Shown here: positions 16,377 to 23,452 of the stretch, one piece after another
Position numbering within the stretch: position 1 is the first letter of the stretch
How the letters are laid out: every line of letters starts with the position of its first letter
Translations under genes and position numbers: made by a program
NCBI GenBank assembly: GCA_041497195.1
Contig: JBGQGB010000002.1
Span: forward strand, 1-42,139
DNA: 42,139 bases
Reading direction: 5' to 3'
Source of the DNA: Candidatus Doudnabacteria bacterium
Lineage (GTDB): Bacteria > Patescibacteriota > Doudnabacteria > UBA920 > 2-01-FULL-46-14
The notes under the pieces: generated by a model
Told to the model about the DNA's origin: nothing
Seen by the model: only the letters and a program-made list of their open reading frames with translations
Database searches by the model: none

Positions 16377-17589
16377 AGATTTATTTGAAGAAACCTACAG
16401 TGCTCTGACTGTCAACAAAGTCCGATCCAGCTTGACTATGCTAGGTATCGTTATCGGCATCAGTTCCGTGATCGCCTTGGTTGCGATCGGGCAAGGAGCA
16501 CAAGGCTCGATTCAATCCCGGATCCAGTCGCTGGGGTCGAATCTGATCATTGTCTCCCCGGGAGCCCAACGCGGGCCGGGAGCGTTTGTCAGTGCCGGAA
16601 GAGGGTCGTCTCAGACCTTGACGCTAGAGGATGAGCAGGCACTTGAAAAAAATATTACCTTGGCCATGGCAATTGATCCAGAGGTGTCGCGCAGGTTTCA
16701 AATCACCGCCAAAGGGACAAATACCAACACCCAAGTCATCGGGACCAATTACAACTATACTACGGTGCGAAATGTCAGTGTTGATGAAGGTTCTTTTATT
16801 ACGGATCCGCAAGTGCAAAATTCAGCCAAGGTTGCAGTCCTGGGACCCACCACGCGAGATGATTTGTTTGGGGCAGGAGCCAGTGCCATCGGGCAGACTA
16901 TCAGGGTAAGCGGAGTCGAATTTAAAGTAATTGGAATTACGAAGTCAAAAGGGGGCACTGGTTTTTTCAATCAAGACGACGTCATTTTTGTTCCTTTATC
17001 AACCGCGCAGCATTATTTGGCTGGCGGTAATTACCTCACGGGTATTAGCATCCAGGCCAGCAGTCCGGATGTAATGACTACTATCCAGCAACAGGTCACT
17101 GATTTATTGTTGCAGCGCCATAAGATTGGCGACTCGACGCAGGCGGATTTTAGCGTGACCAACCAGGCGGACATTGTGGCTTCGGCATCGAGTGTTACCA
17201 ACACCTTCACCACCCTGCTCGCTTCAATTGCGGGAATCTCACTCCTGGTCGGAGGGATTGGCATCATGAACATGATGCTCACGACCGTCACTGAACGTAC
17301 TCGCGAAATCGGCCTCAGGAAAGCCATCGGGGCTACGAGAAAGGACATCAATGCGCAGTTTTTGATGGAAGCACTGATGCTGACCTTTATCGGTGGGATA
17401 ATTGGGATAGTACTCGGGTGGGGGGTGTCTCTCTTGGTTGCCAAGTTTGCCAGCACTCCGACGCAGATGTCCATATCCTCGGTTCTGTTGGCTTTTGGCG
17501 TTTCCGCCGCCATCGGCTTGGTGTTTGGCTATTATCCGGCGCGGCGGGCGTCGAGGCTGAATCCGATTGAAGCCTTGAGATTTGAATAA
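16366..17589 (+). CDS. ABC transporter permease (MacB/FtsX type)
   Basis: RSSLTMLGIVIG, GGIGIMNMMLTTVTERTREIGLRKAIGA, YYPARRASRLNPIEALR. Confidence 0.95.
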   Translation: MKVRDLFEETYSALTVNKVRSSLTMLGIVIGISSVIALVAIGQGAQGSIQSRIQSLGSNLIIVSPGAQRGPGAFVSAGRGSSQTLTLEDEQALEKNITLAMAIDPEVSRRFQITAKGTNTNTQVIGTNYNYTTVRNVSVDEGSFITDPQVQNSAKVAVLGPTTRDDLFGAGASAIGQTIRVSGVEFKVIGITKSKGGTGFFNQDDVIFVPLSTAQHYLAGGNYLTGISIQASSPDVMTTIQQQVTDLLLQRHKIGDSTQADFSVTNQADIVASASSVTNTFTTLLASIAGISLLVGGIGIMNMMLTTVTERTREIGLRKAIGATRKDINAQFLMEALMLTFIGGIIGIVLGWGVSLLVAKFASTPTQMSISSVLLAFGVSAAIGLVFGYYPARRASRLNPIEALRFE

Positions 17590-17632
17590 ACTTAATCACT
17601 ATAATTAATCTTAACAAGTTAAGGAGATAAAT

Positions 17633-18070
17633 ATGAAAAAGTCTATTTTGATAACTGTTGTAGTCGCGCTTATTGCAGCGGGTGTTGGCTTTTACGGCGG
17701 CATGTTGTATCAGCAGAAAAAGGACGTCTCGCAGCGGGGGCAGCGTGCTGCGCAGTTTGGGTTCGGTGCTGGCGGGCCGGGCGGCACTGGAACCAGAAGA
17801 GGAGCTGGCAATGGAGCGGGTGGTTTTGTGTCGGGGCAAATCATTTCCCAGGACAGCCAGGGTATCACTGTCAAATCCAATGACGGCAGCTCGAAAATTG
17901 TTCTCGTTTCCGGCAGCGCGCAAATCAGCAAGTTTGATCCGGGTACCAGTACAGATCTGCAGATCGGCAAGGATGTGACAGTTATGGGCACTACAAATTC
18001 GGACGGGAGCGTGACCGCGCAGAATATCCAGATTCGTCCCAATCCGCCGGCGCAACCGCAGCAGCAATAG
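17633..18070 (+). CDS. Membrane-anchored Gly-rich DUF5666-like protein
   Basis: SD AAGGAG; TM, Gly-rich linker, SGQIISQDSQGITVK...DGSVTAQNIQI. Confidence 0.75.
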   Translation: MKKSILITVVVALIAAGVGFYGGMLYQQKKDVSQRGQRAAQFGFGAGGPGGTGTRRGAGNGAGGFVSGQIISQDSQGITVKSNDGSSKIVLVSGSAQISKFDPGTSTDLQIGKDVTVMGTTNSDGSVTAQNIQIRPNPPAQPQQQ

Positions 18071-18092
18071 TAGGGAAGTTTCTTTGGATTTT

Positions 18093-18120
18093 TAAAAACG
18101 GGGTGAAGACCCCGTTTTTA
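18093..18120 (+). terminator. Terminator of the ECF/MacAB operon
   Basis: TAAAAACGGGG-tgaaga-CCCCGTTTTTA. Confidence 0.85.
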
Positions 18121-18244
18121 GTTTTGGCAGAGGCAAACGGGAATGGAGCTTGCTGCCGCTTGTTCAAACACGCCGGCACTTTTGTTTGAACGAACTTGTA
18201 AACCATGCCCAAAGTTGATACTCTTATTTGAGTAAAGTTTCAAC

Positions 18245-19774
18245 ATGGAACAGCAACAATACGAAGTCAGCTCCAAGCCAGGACGGCTCATTCTCGCGGC
18301 CACGATTATCGCCAGCGGCATGGCGTTTTTGGAAGGAACGGCTGTAAATTTGGCTGTCCCTCCGATTCAGCTGGCCTTTGGGGCCAGCCTCACCCAAATC
18401 CAATGGGTGATAAATTCGTTTGCCCTGACCCTGGCCGCTTTTCTTTTGATCAGCGGTTCGCTCTCGGACCGGTTTGGCCGCAAAAAGATTTTCACCTGGG
18501 GGATTGTCCTGTTTGTCATTTCCTCGCTCGCCTGCGGGTTGGCCAGAAATATTACAGTTCTGATTGCTTTTCGGGCGCTCCAAGGGTTGGCGGGAGCCAT
18601 GATGATTCCCGGCAGCTTGACCATTATCAGACTGGCGTTTAAATCCTCTGACCAAGGGCGCGCGATCGGGCTGTGGTCCGGCCTGTCCGGAGGCGTGGCG
18701 GCTTTGGGCCCGTTCATCGGCGGAGCCCTGATCCAGGTGTTCGGCTGGCCGTCGGTGTTCTATCTGAATCTTCCGCTCGGGATTCTGGCTTTTTTCCTGA
18801 CGATTTATTACGTCCCTGAAAGTCGAAATACAGAAGCGACCAAACTTGATTGGTGGGGGACCACTCTCATCACCCTGAGTTTGTTTGGTCTCTCTTACGG
18901 CCTCATCAACGCGCCGCTTTTTGGTTGGCACAACTATTTGGTGCTGTCGAGTTTCATCGGAGGTCTGGTCCTGCTGGTTTTGTTTGTAGTTGTGGAACTG
19001 AAGACCGAGCAGCCGCTGGTGCCGCTGAAAATTTTTCATTCGTCCCTGGTCAGTGGCGCCAATTTGGTCACCCTGCTTCTGTATTTTGCCTTGTATGGCA
19101 TGATTTTTTTCGTGGCCCTCAATCTCGAGCAGGCGCAAGGGCTGAGTCCGTTTCAGGCCGGACTGGGCTTGTTGCCCGCCATAGTTTTGATAACTTTTCT
19201 GTCCGGGCCGGCGGGCCGCTTGGCCGACCGGATTGGTTCCAGAAAGCCGATGATTTGGGGACCCTTGATCGTATGTGCGGGGATGGCGCTTTTGGCGACC
19301 CCGGGAGTGCATGCAAATTATTTTCTTTATTTTATGCCAGGACTGATCCTCTTTGGCGGGGGCATGGCGCTCCTCATCCCCGCCTTGGTCAAATGCGCTC
19401 TGGCCGTGGATGAAAAATATTCCGGCTCGGCGTCCGGGGTGAACAACGCCGTTTCCCGGGTCGCCGCCCTTTTGGCCGTGGCAGTGCTGGGCGTAGTGGC
19501 GCTATCCCTTTTTTCCGGGAAGCTGCACCGAGCCGTGGCTGCCTCACCCGAGCTCAGTATCGCACAGAAGACTATTGTTCTTGACCAAACAAACAAACTA
19601 GGCGGCATCGTCTTGCCGAATGATTTTGCCCCGGGTGCCAGACTCACCGCTGACCACATCATCAAGCAGTCTCTAGTCTCGAGTTTCCGCCAGGTCATGA
19701 TTATCAATGCCATCCTGGCCTTTTGCAGTGCGGTCATCGCGTATTTTTTGATCAAGGACCGTGAGGCCAGCTAA
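18245..19774 (+). CDS. MFS drug:H+ antiporter, 14-TM (EmrB/QacA family)
   Basis: GSLSDRFGRKKIF motif A, FRALQGLAGA, GPFIGG, WPSVFYLNLPLG. Confidence 0.93.
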   Translation: MEQQQYEVSSKPGRLILAATIIASGMAFLEGTAVNLAVPPIQLAFGASLTQIQWVINSFALTLAAFLLISGSLSDRFGRKKIFTWGIVLFVISSLACGLARNITVLIAFRALQGLAGAMMIPGSLTIIRLAFKSSDQGRAIGLWSGLSGGVAALGPFIGGALIQVFGWPSVFYLNLPLGILAFFLTIYYVPESRNTEATKLDWWGTTLITLSLFGLSYGLINAPLFGWHNYLVLSSFIGGLVLLVLFVVVELKTEQPLVPLKIFHSSLVSGANLVTLLLYFALYGMIFFVALNLEQAQGLSPFQAGLGLLPAIVLITFLSGPAGRLADRIGSRKPMIWGPLIVCAGMALLATPGVHANYFLYFMPGLILFGGGMALLIPALVKCALAVDEKYSGSASGVNNAVSRVAALLAVAVLGVVALSLFSGKLHRAVAASPELSIAQKTIVLDQTNKLGGIVLPNDFAPGARLTADHIIKQSLVSSFRQVMIINAILAFCSAVIAYFLIKDREAS

Positions 19775-19811
19775 CTCAGAGCCGTATTGGTTGTTTCCAA
19801 TCAGGGCAAAT

Positions 19812-19845
19812 AAAAACCCCCCCCGATTCACCGGGGGAGTTTTTT
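19812..19845. terminator. Bidirectional terminator between the MFS and cold-shock genes
   Basis: A-run + C-run / G-run + T-run inverted repeat. Confidence 0.75.
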
Positions 19846-19852
19846 CAAGATC

Positions 19853-20050
19853 TTAAACGCGTTGTACGTTTTTTGCGTTCATTCCCTTAGCTGACTCTTC
19901 TGTCTCGAAGGTAACCTTGTCACCTTCTTTGAGCTCGTCGAAAGTAACACCAACGAGAGAGTTGCTATGGAAGAACAAATCTTTTGACTGACCATCTGGG
20001 GTGATGAACCCAAAACCCTTGTCAGTTTTCTTTTTCACTACGCCGTCCAT
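19853..20050 (-). CDS. Cold-shock domain protein
   Basis: KGFGFI (RNP1) and LFFH (RNP2); 65 aa. Confidence 0.96.
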   Translation of the reverse strand: MDGVVKKKTDKGFGFITPDGQSKDLFFHSNSLVGVTFDELKEGDKVTFETEESAKGMNAKNVQRV

Positions 20051-20140
20051 AGATATATATTATTAATGAATGAAATTTGCAAATTTAAATTTATTTATGA
20101 AACTCGACGATTTTTCTAAAGATAAATATTTTGCAAAGCA

Positions 20141-20169
20141 ATCATAGCAGGTCTAGAAAATAAAGTCAA
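20141..20169 (-). promoter_or_regulatory. Promoter of the cold-shock gene with a long AT-rich leader
   Basis: Minus strand TTGACT, 17 nt, TGcTATGAT. Confidence 0.75.
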
Positions 20170-20324
20170 AAAATAGGACTGCGTAAGAAAAACAGGCAAA
20201 CGTTGGCGAAGGATGGCAGGAGCATCGTAGAGGACGTTAGAATCGTGATTCAGAGGCAAACCAGTATATTTATATACTAGATTTAACTCAACAGGCTTGG
20301 TTTAGCAAATTAGAGCAAAAAAAA

Positions 20325-20361
20325 GCGGGGCGACTGCCTGTGATAGCACAGTCGCTCCCGC
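20325..20361 (-). terminator. Terminator of the Ala-rich membrane protein gene
   Basis: GCGGGGCGACTG...CAGTCGCTCCCGC stem preceded on + by an A run. Confidence 0.8.
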
Positions 20362-20374
20362 CCGCAGATGGAAT

Positions 20375-20833
20375 TCAGCTTACCTGGAGCTCGTGGTTAG
20401 AAGTTTTGCTTGAGAACCAATAGAGCAGGAACAGGACCGCTGCTCCGGGGAAAACCCACCACCACAGGTGCGTAAGGCAAACGTAGACAGCCAGCCCCTC
20501 CACGACCAGGACAGCCATGGCCCGCCAATAAGACACCAGCAATTTCTCGGTGAACGCGGCGGCGAAGGTGGCGAGGGTGAGGGCGGCGACGATGCCGAAA
20601 GTGGTGAGGGTGGCGGTGAACGCGGCGGCGGCGACGACGATGGCGACGATGCCGAGGGGGAGACGGACAGCTTTGAAAGCGGCGTCGGCGAAGGAGACGA
20701 CGGCGACGTAGGCGGCGGTGAAGATGACGCCGAGAATTGCGTACCGAGGGTCAACCCCCAGATGCAGAGCACCTCGATGCACCGTCACTACTAGTGCAAA
20801 CAACGCAACTGCAGACCCAGTAAGTTTTTTCAT
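20375..20833 (-). CDS. Ala/Val-rich polytopic membrane protein, unknown function
   Basis: SD GGAGG upstream; about 5 hydrophobic segments; GC-rich, repetitive codons. Confidence 0.78.
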   Translation of the reverse strand: MKKLTGSAVALFALVVTVHRGALHLGVDPRYAILGVIFTAAYVAVVSFADAAFKAVRLPLGIVAIVVAAAAFTATLTTFGIVAALTLATFAAAFTEKLLVSYWRAMAVLVVEGLAVYVCLTHLWWWVFPGAAVLFLLYWFSSKTSNHELQVS

Positions 20834-20954
20834 AGATTCCTCCTACTGCAACAAACAGCCTATGATAGCACAAACCATTTCGACTGTGAATGGGGAGCCT
20901 CTTGCGCAACAAAAAAACCGCCTCTGGGGCGATTGAATATTTCGAGGAATGCAA

Positions 20955-20983
20955 TTGACATGGAAAACAAATTAGGCTACTAT
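20955..20983 (+). promoter_or_regulatory. Promoter of the 113-aa/76-aa gene pair
   Basis: TTGACA, 17 nt, TACTAT; SD AAGGAGG before ATG 21007. Confidence 0.8.
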
Positions 20984-21006
20984 TACGAATTGTTTAAGGA
21001 GGATCG

Positions 21007-21348
21007 ATGTCTAAAAAATCGAAAGAGAAAGATCAGTCCAGGCGCGAATATGCTGCCACGCATGCTCAAGAAGTAAGCGCTGCTATAGTTTCCGCCTTGT
21101 ATACGCCAAAAGAAGCCCTGGCAATCAGTCCCTCAAACAGAACCTGGCTCGAGGTAATCAGAAATGTTGCCGCCCGTTTGGGCAAGGTCTCCTTCAGGAA
21201 AATTCTCGAGATACAAGAAGCTGACGATCACAAGAACTTCAAGCTGTCAGATATGGACGGCGCAAACGTGAAGATAGCTCTTCAACAGGAAAACCCGAAT
21301 ATTTCTACTTACCCCTCTTTGGAGGCGAGGCATTTCTCAAGCATATGA
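21007..21348 (+). CDS. Hypothetical protein (113 aa)
   Basis: Promoter and strong SD; no motif recognised. Confidence 0.75.
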   Translation: MSKKSKEKDQSRREYAATHAQEVSAAIVSALYTPKEALAISPSNRTWLEVIRNVAARLGKVSFRKILEIQEADDHKNFKLSDMDGANVKIALQQENPNISTYPSLEARHFSSI

Positions 21349-21575
21349 CCCGCTGTCCTTATTGTCTGGCTCTTCTGAGCTCCGAAGAAGCTGCCGAGGA
21401 GCCTACCGAAGAAGACGAGGACGTTGCACAAGCGGCAAGTGCATTTGCTACAGATTTCGCAAGAATATCAACGGAAGAAATCGCCAAGGTGGGAATCCAG
21501 CGCACTGAAACAACGGAGGACACGCCAGAATTTAATACCATCCACGATGAGCTCAAAAAACCGAAATCAAACTAA
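21345..21575 (+). CDS. Hypothetical acidic protein with N-terminal CPYC (76 aa)
   Basis: ATGA overlap with the upstream stop; followed by hairpins. Confidence 0.6.
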   Translation: MTRCPYCLALLSSEEAAEEPTEEDEDVAQAASAFATDFARISTEEIAKVGIQRTETTEDTPEFNTIHDELKKPKSN

Positions 21576-21842
21576 CACCCACCCCCGCACAAGGTCACAC
21601 TGAACCAGTTTCAGTGGCGGTATACAAATGACCTTTTTGTTTTGTTCAAAAAATCGCCTGCTTGGCGATTTTGATCTGCAGGGGCTATGGGACGAGGTAA
21701 AATTTTTTTATCAAGAATCGAGAGTACACTCAAGAAACCAGAAGAAAATCAGAACCAGGGCCCCCTGCTAGTTGTACAATAAATAACATAAGGCGCTGGA
21801 TCAACTCCAACGCCTTATTGATTGCGATACACTACTATCCTT

Positions 21843-22538
21843 CTATTCTCCTCCGTGGTTGTGAGTTGTTAGATATGCATCGATCCGTGGACGAACGGCT
21901 TCTGCGAAGAAAAGCTGAAGAAACCGCAGGACTAGGGTCTCGATCTTTTGCTCTCCCAATCGGCCTTGACCCTGGGGGCAGCCTTCATCCAGATACCGTG
22001 ATCGAAGAAAACTCCAGGCAACATTGAAAAGACATTGCCTGATCTCCCCGTCGGCCCAATGGGAAAAACGATTATCGAGATGACCCATCTCCCGAGCGTC
22101 TTTAATAAGTTGGTCGACGACTCGAAATGTCTCTGACATCGCAGCAATTTTACGTCTTCCTTCTGGGCACGTCTCGATTATTCGTTCCCGCAACACGGCC
22201 TTCCCATATCCCAGGCCCTGCTCATCGTCAGTCCTAAAAACATCGAGTGTTGCCTCGAAGACGGACACAAGCTGGTCTATCGGGGATGCCATCCTGACAC
22301 TTCCAAGCGCATCTGCAACACGATCTCCGACTCTGTTGAGCAAGTCGTCGCAAATCTCATTGAAGATTGTGTCTAGTGTTGTTCGGTTTTTTGGTTTGGG
22401 GAAATGCGTGTAGACAACAGCAGGAGTGATACCCGCCTTCTTCGCTATGCAGTTAATCGTTACGCAAGCCAGGCCCCCCTTCGCTATGAGACTGGCAGCA
22501 GCAGCGAGAATTCTATTCTTAGTAACTATTGCTTTCAT
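21843..22538 (-). CDS. TetR/AcrR-family transcriptional regulator
   Basis: RILAAAASLIAKGG...TINCIAKKAGITPAVVYTHF HTH. Start moved to ATG 22538, which has an SD GGAGGG. Confidence 0.88.
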   Translation of the reverse strand: MKAIVTKNRILAAAASLIAKGGLACVTINCIAKKAGITPAVVYTHFPKPKNRTTLDTIFNEICDDLLNRVGDRVADALGSVRMASPIDQLVSVFEATLDVFRTDDEQGLGYGKAVLRERIIETCPEGRRKIAAMSETFRVVDQLIKDAREMGHLDNRFSHWADGEIRQCLFNVAWSFLRSRYLDEGCPQGQGRLGEQKIETLVLRFLQLFFAEAVRPRIDAYLTTHNHGGE

Positions 22539-22701
22539 GCTCCCTCCTTTCGGACTCATTTCCCTTCAGATCAGTCCGCAAAGAGGGTAATCTTGTAAGT
22601 TACTAAACATAGGGCAGTTAGCGTTGTTAGTCAAGCAGAGAAGAGAATATACGCCGATGAGCAAAGCAAAAACCGAGGCTTTATTCTCGGTCATTGTACG
22701 T

Positions 22702-22775
22702 TGGCAGGGGTGCAAGGAGTTGAACCCTGACTAACGGTTTTGGAGACCGTTGTGCTACCGCTACACCACACCCCC
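22702..22775 (-). tRNA. tRNA-Trp(CCA), CCA encoded
   Basis: GGGGGTG/CACCCCT acceptor, ACGGT-CTCCAAA-ACCGT anticodon arm, CAGGG-TTCAACT-CCTTG T arm. Confidence 0.96.
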
Positions 22776-22784
22776 ATTTCCTGG

Positions 22785-22813
22785 ATTATATCAAATACCT
22801 CGGGCTATCTCAA
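22785..22813 (-). promoter_or_regulatory. tRNA-Trp promoter
   Basis: Minus strand TTGAGA, 17 nt, TGaTATAAT. Confidence 0.8.
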
Positions 22814-22851
22814 TAAAATAAATGGGCCGGATGCGAGTGTTTACACTCTAA

Positions 22852-23277
22852 TCAATCCGACCCGTATTTTTTGCTGCAGTTGATCTCTACGATCTGATAG
22901 TGCTCAGAGGTTTCCGGCCAGCCGTGTTTTTTGAGTATCGGCAGCAGATGTGCCAAGGCTTTGCCAGGATCTTTATTCTCTGCAAATAATTCCGGTTTAC
23001 CCTCAAGCCAATATAGCCAGTCTCCACTAGTCTTGTCGCGGCAGCACTTGATGAACGCACGAGCTGCCGTGACTGTCACTGGCTCCTTTTTTTGCTCCTC
23101 AGCTTGAGTTTTTTTCCATCTAAGTCCGATTTCGTGCAGATGAGCGGCTAATGCTGCAAATCCACAAAAACCCGCGACAGCTAGGACGAACCAATTCGGG
23201 ACGCGTGTGTCTGCAACCATCAAAAGAAGAAAACAAAAGAAGGCCACTCGTTTTGCGTAATGCAGAAAATAAATCAT
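22852..23277 (-). CDS. Hypothetical 2-TM membrane protein (141 aa)
   Basis: Start set at ATG 23277 (SD GGAGG; promoter TTGACA-17-TAGTCT at 23328-23300). Confidence 0.75.
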   Translation of the reverse strand: MIYFLHYAKRVAFFCFLLLMVADTRVPNWFVLAVAGFCGFAALAAHLHEIGLRWKKTQAEEQKKEPVTVTAARAFIKCCRDKTSGDWLYWLEGKPELFAENKDPGKALAHLLPILKKHGWPETSEHYQIVEINCSKKYGSD

Positions 23278-23452
23278 GGTTTCCTCCTTCAGGCGAGCCA
23301 GACTATCATATTCTAGCTGCCTTGTCAATTGCCCCTGACTTGGCAATTTTTTATTTTGACCAAAGCCTTGAGAAACAGCTATTCTACTATGATAAACTCG
23401 ATTACCTAGTCGAGAGTTATCTTGCACTTTTCATCCATACAAGGGGGGTGTT

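Noticed and set aside
18224-19312. 362-aa antisense ORF
   Set aside because: Shadow of the hydrophobic MFS gene; no SD or recognisable motif.
20380-20794. Ser/Pro-rich and Gly/Glu/Asp-rich ORFs in alternative frames
   Set aside because: By-products of repetitive GCC/GTC codons in the Ala/Val-rich gene, which has the SD, promoter and terminator.
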